From NCBI GenBank assembly GCA_965223265.1, contig OZ244999.1, positions 3,456,001-3,520,000 of the forward strand: DNA of 64,000 bases, written 5' to 3'. The position numbers were made by a program, and so were the translations under genes. The notes below the pieces were generated by a model. That model was not told the origin of the DNA. It saw only the letters and a program-made list of their open reading frames with translations, and did not search any database. The stretch comes from Planctomycetota bacterium (lineage in GTDB: Bacteria > Planctomycetota > UBA8108 > SXIK01). Below are positions 20,018 to 29,394 of the stretch, piece after piece. How positions within the stretch are numbered: position 1 is the stretch's first letter; every line of letters begins with the position of its first letter.

Positions 20018-21466
20018 CTCGAGTTTGGCCATGGAATAGGCCGGTAAAGAAAGACACCTCCGCTACCGATAACGAAGTTGCAAAACACTATTATCGGACG
20101 GAGGTGAAGAGTGTCTCCAGTATCGTCGTTTCTGTCCCTCTTGGCCAGCTTTGCTCCACTGATGACGCCGTCGAGTTTTGAGAACTTCCAGTTGCTCGCC
20201 GGTGGCTGGGTCCTGAGCACGCGACGAAGGACGGTTACCGAGCTCATTCAGCGTGTAGGTGTGGTAGAACTGAAAAGCTACTCGACGTTCCATCGATTTT
20301 TCAATCGCGCACAGTGGTCGATCGACGAAGTTGGCCGCTTGGTACTGTCGCTCGCGCTGCGTCTGATTCCACCGGGTGGAGTTGTCCGCCTCGTCGTCGA
20401 CGACACGCTTTGCAAAAAAGGCGGGCAGCACATCTTCGGCAGTGGTATGCACCGTGATGCTTTGGCGTCGACTCGTAAGCTCGCGAGACTGAGCTGGGGC
20501 CACAACTGGGTGGTCGTCGGCGTGATCGTCGAGTTCCCGTTCGCGCGTGGAATCTCGTGGTGTCTTCCGATCGCGTTTCGACTCTACGTCACCAAGACGA
20601 GACCGAAGAGCCAGCGGTGGCGTGAAGAGACCGTCTATCGCACACGTCCCGAGCTCGCAGTGGAGATGCTCGAGATGATCGCCAAATGGCACCCAAATAG
20701 GCGTTTCCTGCTGGTTGGCGATTCGGCGTATGGCGGTGGTTCGGTGTTGAGAAATCTTCCCGAGCGGTTTCACCTCACCAGCCGCATCGTCATGGATGCC
20801 GCGCTCTTTGCTCCGCCGCCACGGCGCTATGCGGGTACGGGGCGTCCACGGCGAAGAGGAAAGCGTCTGCCGAGTCCTAAACAGATCGCGTCTTCGAGAA
20901 GGCCATGGAAAAAGCTGAATCTTCGACTCTACGGGGCGAAGCGTCGCGTTCTCGTCAAAGAGACCGAAGGCCTCTGGCTCAAGAGCGACTACCGCCCCAT
21001 CAAGGTCGTCGTGGTGCGCGACCCTCGTGGTGTGAACAAAGACGAAGCGTTCTATTCCACCGACACCAAGGCGTCCGCAACGACCATTCTTCAGACCTAC
21101 TCGCGACGATGGAGCATCGAGGTCGCATTCGAAAACGCCAAGGGGCACTTCGGCTTTGAAGATCCACAGAATCGAACCGTCGAAGCCGTGCAACGCACGG
21201 CGCCTTTCGGTGCGTTGTTGTACAGCATGGTGATTCTTTGGTTCAACGCCCACGGTCATAAGAAATGTCGATTCCCAAATCGCCCTTGGTATGAACGTAA
21301 GTGCTTTGCTTCGTTTAAAGATATGGTCGATACGCTACGAGCCGAATCACTCCACGAGCACTTTCGACGCACCCCGGCTTCTGTTCGGGGGCGACAAAAG
21401 ACCCTTCAGGCTGCGTTCGCAGCATTGGGGCTCGTTGCATGACCAGAATCCATGGCCAAACTCGAG
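20018..21466 (+). mobile_element. IS701-like insertion sequence (1449 bp)
   Basis: Perfect 18-bp TIRs CTCGAGTTTGGCCATGGA; GCTAG direct repeat at 20013-20017 and 21467-21471. Confidence 0.9.
20111..21442 (+). CDS. DDE transposase (IS701-like)
   Basis: VVDDTLCKK, GHNWV, VGDSAYG, YSRRWSIEVAFENAK; GGAGG SD before the GTG start. Confidence 0.9.
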   Translation: MSPVSSFLSLLASFAPLMTPSSFENFQLLAGGWVLSTRRRTVTELIQRVGVVELKSYSTFHRFFNRAQWSIDEVGRLVLSLALRLIPPGGVVRLVVDDTLCKKGGQHIFGSGMHRDALASTRKLARLSWGHNWVVVGVIVEFPFARGISWCLPIAFRLYVTKTRPKSQRWREETVYRTRPELAVEMLEMIAKWHPNRRFLLVGDSAYGGGSVLRNLPERFHLTSRIVMDAALFAPPPRRYAGTGRPRRRGKRLPSPKQIASSRRPWKKLNLRLYGAKRRVLVKETEGLWLKSDYRPIKVVVVRDPRGVNKDEAFYSTDTKASATTILQTYSRRWSIEVAFENAKGHFGFEDPQNRTVEAVQRTAPFGALLYSMVILWFNAHGHKKCRFPNRPWYERKCFASFKDMVDTLRAESLHEHFRRTPASVRGRQKTLQAAFAALGLVA

Positions 21467-21479
21467 GCTAGACCAATAG

Positions 21480-22982
21480 CTAACCGATCACCTTCTCCAT
21501 CACCTCGCCGCCCTGATCGGTGAGGCGGAAGTCGAGCCCCTTGAAGCGATAGGTCAGACGCAGGTGATCAAGACCGAGGAGGTGCAGCATGGTAGCGTGG
21601 AAATCGTTGACGTGCATGGAGTCTTCGATGGGACGAAACCCGAGTTCATCGGTCTGGCCGACGACCGTACCGCCTCGGACGCCGCCCCCGGCCATCCAAG
21701 TTGAAAACGCGTAGCGGTGGTGATCGCGGCCGGCTCCCGGACCCGGCTCGGAGTTTTGCGTCATCGGCGTGCGGCCGAACTCGGTGCCCCAAATCACCAG
21801 CGTCTCGTCGAGAAGCCCGCGCTCCTTGAGGTCGCGCAGTAGCGCCCCGATGGGCTGGTCGACGACGTGGCAGTTGGTCCGCACGCCGCCCTCGACCGCA
21901 GCGTGGTGGTCCCAGCGACGATGGAAGATACTGACGAAGCGGACGCCACGCTCGACCAAGCGGCGGGCAAGAACGCAGTTGACCGCGAAACTGTTGGCTT
22001 CCGCGCCGTCGCGTCCCACACCATAAGACTCGAGAGTGCGCTGCGACTCGCGACGAAAATCGACAAGCTCCGGCGCGGCCATCTGCATACGAAATGCAAG
22101 CTCGTAGGCGTCGATTCGATTCTGGATGCTCGGGTCGAGCACGGTTTCGAGACGCTGACGGTTGAGATCGCGCAGAGCGTCTAGCTGCGAGCGCTGCGCC
22201 TCGAGAGTCACACCCGGCGGACTGGCCAGATTGAGAACCGGTTCGCCTCGACTGCGAAAGAGGACGCCCGCGTGCTGCGTCGGCAGGAAACCGCTCCCCC
22301 AGGCGAGACCGCGGCTGACGGGGCCGCGCCCGGTCATGAGAACGACGTACGCCGGTAGATTTTCGGCTTCGCTACCTAGACCGTAGGAGATCCACGCGCC
22401 CGCGCTCGGTCGTCCGGGAGAGTCTTCGCCGGTGCTGAAGAGGATCTCGGCCGGTCCGTGATCGAAGGAATCCGTGTGGAGAGAACGAAGAACGGCGATA
22501 TCGTCTGCCATCGAGCCCACGTGCGGCAGCAGCGAGCTCATCTCAAGACCGCTCTGTCCATAGCGACGAAAAGGAAAACGGCTGCCCATCAGCTTCGCGG
22601 ACTCGGGTTTGACGAACGCGAAAAGCTCTTTCTTGTTGAACGACTCCGGAATGCCTTTGCCCGTCAACTCAGTGAGCTTGGGTTTAGGGTCGAACAGCTC
22701 GATTTGGCTCGTACCACCGGCAAGGTAGATAAAAATGGCGCGCTTCGCCGTGGGTGGAAAGTGCGCGCCCTGTCGATCAGCTGGAGTTGTCGACGCAGGC
22801 GGTTCCGTTTCAGCGGTCGGATCTGCTTCGGCGGGCGCCGCGATCGCCTCTCCCGTGAGCAGCGAGCCAAGCGCGGCCGCGCCAAGGCCACTGGTGGCGC
22901 TGGTGAGAAAAGCACGTCGGTCCTGCTCCTGCTCAGATCGCAGGCTCACGCCCGGCCCTTGGTTTCGGTTCTCACGTCGCAT
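21480..22982 (-). CDS. DUF1501 family protein
   Basis: DRRAFL Tat-like motif, GGTSQIELFDPKP, RPSAGAWISYGLG, ARRLVERGVRFV, WDHH, EFGRTP, GRDHH; start placed just after the upstream stop. Confidence 0.88.
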   Translation of the reverse strand: MRRENRNQGPGVSLRSEQEQDRRAFLTSATSGLGAAALGSLLTGEAIAAPAEADPTAETEPPASTTPADRQGAHFPPTAKRAIFIYLAGGTSQIELFDPKPKLTELTGKGIPESFNKKELFAFVKPESAKLMGSRFPFRRYGQSGLEMSSLLPHVGSMADDIAVLRSLHTDSFDHGPAEILFSTGEDSPGRPSAGAWISYGLGSEAENLPAYVVLMTGRGPVSRGLAWGSGFLPTQHAGVLFRSRGEPVLNLASPPGVTLEAQRSQLDALRDLNRQRLETVLDPSIQNRIDAYELAFRMQMAAPELVDFRRESQRTLESYGVGRDGAEANSFAVNCVLARRLVERGVRFVSIFHRRWDHHAAVEGGVRTNCHVVDQPIGALLRDLKERGLLDETLVIWGTEFGRTPMTQNSEPGPGAGRDHHRYAFSTWMAGGGVRGGTVVGQTDELGFRPIEDSMHVNDFHATMLHLLGLDHLRLTYRFKGLDFRLTDQGGEVMEKVIG

Positions 22983-22983
22983 C

Positions 22984-25053
22984 TCACTCTCGTGTGATGA
23001 ATTCTTCCACGTTGATGAGCGTCCTGGCAACCACCAGCCACGCTGCGCTCTCGGCAACGTCGATGCCTTCGGCACCTGAGGCGCCGACGAACAGCTGAGC
23101 TGCGTCGCGCTCCGCATTGTACAGCGTTCGCTGCGTCGCGAAGAGCTGCGAAATTGTGTTCAATTCACCGGTCGATGGCTGCCGTGCTAAGCAGCGTTGG
23201 AACGCCTGACGAATTCTCTGGTCGATCGAATCCGACTCGCCAGCCAGGCGGCGGCCCAGCTCGCGCGCGCACTCCAAGAAGGCGCGTTCATTCAGCAGCG
23301 TTAACGCTTGGAGCGGCGTCACGGAACGTTCCCGCTTGGTGCATGGAACGTTCGGATCGGCGACGTCAAACGTTCGCAGCGACGGGTAGAGAAAGGTTCG
23401 CTGTACGTTGACGTAAAGGCCGCGCCGGTAGCGCTCGTCGCTTTGATCCTCCTCACGAAAGTTCTCGTTCTTCAGCTCTCGAACTTCGGTCAAGCCGCTG
23501 GGCAGCGGTGGCTGCACACTTGGCCCGCCAATGCTTCGCACAAGGAGCTGGCTAGCGCCGAGTGCTAGGTCACGGACAACCTCGGCTTCGACCACGACAC
23601 GATTCTGCCTCGCGAGGAGACGATTTTCAGGGTCTCGCACCCGGAGCTCGGGTCGACCACGAGACGACTGCTGGTAGGTAGACGACAGAACGATCCGGCG
23701 GATGAGCGCTTTCCGTTGCCAGCCACTGTGTAGCAGCTCCGCCGCCAACCAGTCGAGAAGAAGAGGGTGGCTGGGCGGTTCGCCCTTGATCCCGAAGTCT
23801 TCCGGGGTCGGGACCAAACCACGGCCGAAGAGGTGCTGCCAAACTCGGTTGGCGACCACGCGCGCTGTCAAGGGGTTGGTGGGTGACACGATCCATCGAG
23901 CGAGATCGAGACGGTCGGCGGCAGAGCCGCGCACGGCAAGCGGCGGCAGGAAACGTGGCGTCCGGGCGCTGACATTCTCGCCGCGATCGCGAAAATCGCC
24001 ACGCTCGTGCACGTAGCTCTGTCGCGGCACCGACGCAGAGATGAGAGTCAGCGCCTTGGTACTGGGGGGCTTGGGGATGTTGTTGAGGTTGTCGAAGCCG
24101 CCTTTCGCGTTTTTCTTCGCGACGGCGTAGGTGTCCCAGAAGCGCGCAGGTAAAGATGGGGCGTCGATGTCGAATTCTTCGGTCTGATCGTAGAATGCGT
24201 AGAGCTCGTAGTATTCTCGTTGGTTGAGGGGATCGTATTTGTGCGCGTGGCATTCAGCGCAGCCGACGGTGAGCCCGAGCCACACCGTTCCAGTCGTGCC
24301 GATCCGGTCCTTTACTGTCTTGACTCGATACTCTTCGTCGACGTTGCCGGCGCCGGCTTCGTTCGACGGCGTCATGCGGTGAAACCCAGTTGCGACGCGT
24401 TGCGCGTACGTCGGCGCGGGTAGAAGGTCCCCGGCAATCTGCTCAACGGTGAACTGATCGAATGGTTGGTCATGGTTAAAAGAGGAGACGACCCAGTCAC
24501 GGAAACGCCACGCGTCCGGGCGATACTGATCGTCCTCGTACCCGTTACTGTCAGCGTAGCGCGCCAGGTCCAGCCAGTGACGTCCCCACCGTTCGCCAAA
24601 ATGAGGGGATGCGAGAATGAGGTCGACGAGTTTTTCCACGGCCCATGGCGACGCGTCGCTGGCGAACGAGGTGACGACCTCTGGTGGCGGCAGGAGCCCG
24701 AGAAGATCGAGGTAGAGACGCCGACACAGCGTGACGCGGTCGGCCGCTTCGGCGAGCGCCAAACCGTGCGTCTCTAGTCGAGCCATGACGAACGCGTCGA
24801 TCGGCTGGGCTACGCTCTTGGCGCTGGCGATCCGTGGTGCTTCGGGTCTCCGAAGCGGCCGGTAGGACCAATGGTTCGACGCGTCGCCGGCCGAATCGTT
24901 GGCCGCGCTAGTCTCGGCGCGTAGGCTCAGACCGCCGGTGCCGCGGCGCTCCTCGCCAAGGTCGCCAGCTCCGGCGACGACCAGCGCGAGCCCAAGTGCG
25001 GCGAACGCTAACCTAAAATGGTGCCTTTGGTGCGGTCTCAAGCGAGGATCCAC
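22984..25053 (-). CDS. DUF1549/DUF1553 (PSCyt2/PSD1) protein
   Basis: HWSYRP, GERWGRHWLDLARYADS, CAECHAHKYDP, NPLTARV, PSHPLLLDWLA, PLQALTLLN. Confidence 0.9.
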   Translation of the reverse strand: MDPRLRPHQRHHFRLAFAALGLALVVAGAGDLGEERRGTGGLSLRAETSAANDSAGDASNHWSYRPLRRPEAPRIASAKSVAQPIDAFVMARLETHGLALAEAADRVTLCRRLYLDLLGLLPPPEVVTSFASDASPWAVEKLVDLILASPHFGERWGRHWLDLARYADSNGYEDDQYRPDAWRFRDWVVSSFNHDQPFDQFTVEQIAGDLLPAPTYAQRVATGFHRMTPSNEAGAGNVDEEYRVKTVKDRIGTTGTVWLGLTVGCAECHAHKYDPLNQREYYELYAFYDQTEEFDIDAPSLPARFWDTYAVAKKNAKGGFDNLNNIPKPPSTKALTLISASVPRQSYVHERGDFRDRGENVSARTPRFLPPLAVRGSAADRLDLARWIVSPTNPLTARVVANRVWQHLFGRGLVPTPEDFGIKGEPPSHPLLLDWLAAELLHSGWQRKALIRRIVLSSTYQQSSRGRPELRVRDPENRLLARQNRVVVEAEVVRDLALGASQLLVRSIGGPSVQPPLPSGLTEVRELKNENFREEDQSDERYRRGLYVNVQRTFLYPSLRTFDVADPNVPCTKRERSVTPLQALTLLNERAFLECARELGRRLAGESDSIDQRIRQAFQRCLARQPSTGELNTISQLFATQRTLYNAERDAAQLFVGASGAEGIDVAESAAWLVVARTLINVEEFITRE

Positions 25054-25466
25054 GGGTCGACTCAGGGCTGGCCGCGACGGATTCGGACCGGGTTCAGCCG
25101 GCCCACAATCCCTATCGTAGCCGAAAGCGAAAACATGCGAAACAGAGGGGCGCCCAACGGGCCCTCAAATGTGAGCCCCAAGAGCGGCGGGCTCGCCGCT
25201 CTTCGCTGGGGTCGACGATAGTGTCCGAAACCGCAACAATTTCGTCAACGTCTTGGCGTTCGGGCCGTGTTCGGTTTGGGGCGGTTATCGCCACGTTCCA
25301 CGTTTCACAGGTTGAGCGAGGCTGCCGTCGTCTCACATCATTTGCTACAATTCTTTCCTAATGCCGCCTTTCAATTCGTTCGACCCAGAAGACGAACCGA
25401 ACGAGTGATCGGCCCGGCTGCGATCACAAACTTGGGGTTTCGCATCAGCAAACGGGAGGAAGATTC

Positions 25467-27083
25467 ATGTCTCACCGGCGGACCAGATTTGCGCTCTTTT
25501 GCTTGATTCTCTTTAGCGCCTCCACGCTATGCCAGAGTGGGTTCGCCGACCACCACGAAGCGATGAAGTTCGCTCGCGTGCGTGCTGGGAGCGAGATCTT
25601 TCATGCCCTGGTCGAAGGTGATCGTGCAACGAGGCTTTCAGGCGACCTCTTCGGAGCGTGGACGAAGACCGATGATTCGTACGCTCTCAGCGATGTAGAG
25701 ATCTTGGTACCGACAACGCCATCGAAGGTGTTCGCTCTAGCCGGAAACTATCTCGACCACCTTGGCGACCAGGCACCGCCAGCGACGCCGGAACCTTTTT
25801 TTAAGCTGCCGACCTCGCTTCTGAAACACGAAGGTCTCGTCGTGCAGCCCCCGGACACCGAGGCCGTTCACTACGAGGCGGAAGTGGTGATCGTGATTGG
25901 CAAGCGCGCACGCAACGTCAGCGTTGATGATGCGATGAGCTACGTGTTGGGAATCACTTGCGGCAACGACATCAGTGCGCGCGTGTGGCAGCGCGGTGAC
26001 ACACAATGGTGGCGCGGCAAAGGCAGCGACACTTTCGGGCCGTGTGGGCCATTCGTCGTCACCGGCATCGACTTCAGCAACCTCGACGTGACCCTTCGCG
26101 TCAATGGCGAAGTGCGGCAGAAGACGAATACAGCGAACATGATTCATTCGCTCGCTGATGCCGTGAGCTTCATCAGCCAACACGTCACCCTCGAGCCGGG
26201 GGATCTCATCTACACCGGGACCCCAGGAAAGACTCTGGGGATGCAGCCAGGCGACGTCGTCGAGGTTGAGATCGAAAAGGTTGGGGTGCTTCGCAATCGC
26301 ATCGTGGCGGCTCGACCGCAGGAGCCGGTTCGCTTTGCACGCTTCCGCGTCGGGTCGAAGGTCGCGTATGGTGTTGTCGATTGGTACCGCATTCGGGAAA
26401 TCGACGGGACACCTTTCGGCGACTGGAAAGAGACCGGCCAGACGTACGCTCTGCACGAAGTCGAAGTACTCGTGCCGACAACCCCCTCGAAAGTTTTCGC
26501 GCTCGCCGGTAACTATCGTGACCATTTGGGCGACAGCCCAGTGCCGGTGCACCCGGAACCGTTCATCAAGGCTCCGTCCTGTCTGCAGCGCCATGAAGGC
26601 CCCGTCGTGCAGCCAAAGAACGCTGAACCCGTGCACTACGAGGCAGAAGTCGTGGTCGTTATCGGCAAGGAGGCAAGAAACGTGCACGCTGACGACGCCA
26701 TGGACTACGTCCTCGGCATCACGTGCGGCAATGATATCAGCGCACGTGCGTGGCAGCAGAAGGACGTCCAATGGTGGCGTGCCAAGGCAAGCGACACGTT
26801 TGGGCCATGCGGTCCGTACATCACTTCGGGTATCGACTTTGGCAACCTCGAAATGGTGCTACGAGTCAATGGCGAGGTGCGTCAGCGAACAAACACCCGC
26901 AACATGATTCACGGCATCGCCGAGGCGGTGAGTTTCATCAGTCGACATGCCACGCTCAAACCTGGCGACTTGATCTTCACCGGGACGCCAGGGAAAACTC
27001 GAGGCATGAAAATCGGCGACGTTGTCGAGGTCGAAATTGAGGGCGTCGGCGTCCTGCGCAACACGGTCGTGCCAGCAGAGTGA
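25467..27083 (+). CDS. Tandem-duplicated fumarylacetoacetate hydrolase family protein with signal peptide
   Basis: Two highly similar halves, each with PSKVFALAGNY, VHYEAEVV, GITCGNDISAR, DTFGPCGP, GDLIxTGTP. Confidence 0.92.
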   Translation: MSHRRTRFALFCLILFSASTLCQSGFADHHEAMKFARVRAGSEIFHALVEGDRATRLSGDLFGAWTKTDDSYALSDVEILVPTTPSKVFALAGNYLDHLGDQAPPATPEPFFKLPTSLLKHEGLVVQPPDTEAVHYEAEVVIVIGKRARNVSVDDAMSYVLGITCGNDISARVWQRGDTQWWRGKGSDTFGPCGPFVVTGIDFSNLDVTLRVNGEVRQKTNTANMIHSLADAVSFISQHVTLEPGDLIYTGTPGKTLGMQPGDVVEVEIEKVGVLRNRIVAARPQEPVRFARFRVGSKVAYGVVDWYRIREIDGTPFGDWKETGQTYALHEVEVLVPTTPSKVFALAGNYRDHLGDSPVPVHPEPFIKAPSCLQRHEGPVVQPKNAEPVHYEAEVVVVIGKEARNVHADDAMDYVLGITCGNDISARAWQQKDVQWWRAKASDTFGPCGPYITSGIDFGNLEMVLRVNGEVRQRTNTRNMIHGIAEAVSFISRHATLKPGDLIFTGTPGKTRGMKIGDVVEVEIEGVGVLRNTVVPAE

Positions 27084-27111
27084 GAAGAACGACCGTCGGT
27101 CGAGCTGTTAA

Positions 27112-27289
27112 CAGCCCGCCTGAAAAAGTCATTCGGCTGAGAAATCGGCCTCTTCACGCCCGGATCAGCCGCGGCGAGCCTCGCCGTGTATATCTTTATA
27201 GAAGAGGGCTCGGAGATTACTTGCGTTCGCCCGGCTGATATGGACGCGAAGCGACCAGTTTTCAGCTCAATCACTTTTTCAACAGGCTG
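27112..27289 (-). mobile_element. MITE copy 2 (long class, 178 bp)
   Basis: Reverse-complement homolog of 55450..55628; same TIR family; GTTAA direct repeat at 27107-27111 and 27290-27294. Confidence 0.88.
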
Positions 27290-27290
27290 G

Positions 27291-28475
27291 TTAAGATTGG
27301 CAAAACTCGTACGCCGTCAGCGCGTACACGAGCGCGACGCGTTCGAGTTCCGCTATGGGGACCTCCTCGTTTGTCGTGTGGGCGCCTTTCGCGGCTGGCC
27401 CATGCGTGATGGCGGGGATGCGTCCGTGTGCGACGAACGCGTTGCCATCGTCGACGAACGGTTTCGCACCGGTTGGCAGTCGCTGGCCACTCGAAAGCTC
27501 CATGGCGTTTTGGAAGGCGCTGACGATCAATTCGCTTGGTGAGATCGCAAACGCGTCCCGTGTACAACTGAACTCCACCTCTACCGTCGTTCCCGTCATG
27601 TCGGCAACAGCTGCCGCCAACGACGTGATCTGCGCTTCGGCTGCGTCGATGTCTGAGCCTGGAACCCAACGACGCGTTCCCTCGATGAGAAACTCTGACG
27701 GCGCCTGATTGTAGATTTCGCCGCCAAGTGCTTTGCCGACAAAGACACTCGAGCGACCGGCGACAGGATGACGCTGGGTGGCAACTTCCTGGTCGAGCTC
27801 GGCCAAACGACGGACGATTTCCGCGCCGGCATAGATAACGCTGGGGGCGTCGATGCCACCGAGCACTTCGTGGACAGGGTCGCCGTCACGGCGCACGACA
27901 ATCTTGAACGTCGCGAGTCCGCGCCCGGCGACCGGTACCCGGTCACACAGATACTCGGGTAGCATGACGGCATCGCCGAGATAACCTGCATCCATCAGTT
28001 TTGTGACTTGAGTTCCATCGCCCCAAGGCGACTCGTGAAGGTCATGGGCTGTCAAGAGGATCGCTCCGCGCTTCAGGAGTCCGGAGTCTCGAAGCGCGCG
28101 TGTCGCCTCGACGGCAGCCGCAAAACCGCCTTTCATGTCCGACGCGCCGCTGCCATACAGCTTTCCATCTTCGACGCGAGGCGCAACGAACGGCAGGTGG
28201 ACGGTGTCGATGTGACCGTTGAACTGAAGCGTTCTACCGTCCTCTCCGGGCTGCCAGCGACAGGCGACGGCGGGTGACGCAGGATAACCTGCCTCGGGTC
28301 GGTCGACCTCGAAATCATCGTCCGCAAGAAGCTCCTCCAGTCGAGCGGCGACTTCTCCTGCACTCTTCGTCGGGCTAGGAACGCCTACAAGTTTCACCGC
28401 TGTGTCGATCAACCGCTCGGTGTTGACGGCGCTGCGAAGCTGCTCGCGCACTTCTTGGGTGGCACGTTTCGTCAT
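27291..28475 (-). CDS. M20 family metallopeptidase/deacylase (ArgE/DapE-like)
   Basis: FNGHIDTV, YGSGASDMKGG, HE, HGP...AHTTNE. Confidence 0.88.
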   Translation of the reverse strand: MTKRATQEVREQLRSAVNTERLIDTAVKLVGVPSPTKSAGEVAARLEELLADDDFEVDRPEAGYPASPAVACRWQPGEDGRTLQFNGHIDTVHLPFVAPRVEDGKLYGSGASDMKGGFAAAVEATRALRDSGLLKRGAILLTAHDLHESPWGDGTQVTKLMDAGYLGDAVMLPEYLCDRVPVAGRGLATFKIVVRRDGDPVHEVLGGIDAPSVIYAGAEIVRRLAELDQEVATQRHPVAGRSSVFVGKALGGEIYNQAPSEFLIEGTRRWVPGSDIDAAEAQITSLAAAVADMTGTTVEVEFSCTRDAFAISPSELIVSAFQNAMELSSGQRLPTGAKPFVDDGNAFVAHGRIPAITHGPAAKGAHTTNEEVPIAELERVALVYALTAYEFCQS

Positions 28476-28605
28476 GTCTGTAGGTTCCTCTTGCGGTGGG
28501 ACGTTGTGGAAAGCCGGAAGCGTTGTTCTAATACCTGGCGTAGCTGTTTGTCTACACTTGCTGATACTTCAAGTTCGCCTTTTGAGCCTTTTGAAGGAAG
28601 AGTCT

Positions 28606-29373
28606 ATGAAGCTTCACGAGTCCACTTGGCCAGAGGTCGCCCGTCTTGATCGCGACAGGACCCTCGTGATCGCACCGGTAGCAGCCTGCGAGCAACACAG
28701 TCGCCATCTACCGACGTTTACGGACACGATTCTTTGCGGCGGCATCGCAGAGCTGGTCGAACAACGCCTGTCAGATCGAGTACTGCTTCTGCCGGTGCAG
28801 TGGCTAGGCGCCAGCGATCATCACTTCGCCTTCGGGGCGACTCTCAGCCTACCGGTCGACTTTCACATGCGCATGCAGGTCGAGATTCTCAAGCCGCTAC
28901 TAGATGATGGCTTCAAGCGCTGCATGATCCTCAATGGCCATGGTGGCAATATCGACACGCTCCACATGGCCTTGAGGCTTCTCCGGGTCGATTATCCAGC
29001 GTGCCAGTTGACCGGTGCCAGCTACTGGGAGATTGCGAGCCGGGAACTCGCGGCGCTAGCGACGGCCGAGCGCAAGGAGATGGGACACGCGTGTGAGTTC
29101 GAGACGTCGATGGTCATGCATTTTCGTCCGGAACTGGTGAAGCGCGAGGAGATCAAGAATGATCACCCTGCGTCGCCGGACGTTCTGCGCGGTCTCTTCA
29201 AACCGCTCGACATGGGTCAAAGGACACAGCAGGGTTGCGTTGGCTATCCGGAGGCTGCATCACCTGAGCTCGGCAAGAAGTTCGTCGACGCAGTCGTCGA
29301 TCGTGTCGTCGAGGTGGTTGAGCATCTAGTGGAGGAGCCACTTGTTCCCAAACGCGAGCGCGTGCAGCCGTAG
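28606..29373 (+). CDS. Creatininase family amidohydrolase
   Basis: EQHSRHLP...D, GASDHH, NGHGGN, GHACEFETS; start refined to ATG 28606 after AAGGAAG. Confidence 0.9.
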   Translation: MKLHESTWPEVARLDRDRTLVIAPVAACEQHSRHLPTFTDTILCGGIAELVEQRLSDRVLLLPVQWLGASDHHFAFGATLSLPVDFHMRMQVEILKPLLDDGFKRCMILNGHGGNIDTLHMALRLLRVDYPACQLTGASYWEIASRELAALATAERKEMGHACEFETSMVMHFRPELVKREEIKNDHPASPDVLRGLFKPLDMGQRTQQGCVGYPEAASPELGKKFVDAVVDRVVEVVEHLVEEPLVPKRERVQP

Positions 29374-29394
29374 AGATCAGGTGCCACCCGGACT

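Noticed and set aside
20063-21259. 398-aa ORF antisense to the transposase, and similar long antisense ORFs such as 13089..14669 and 25737..26771
   Set aside because: Shadow ORFs expected in high-GC DNA; no motifs, and the opposite strand has clear family signatures.
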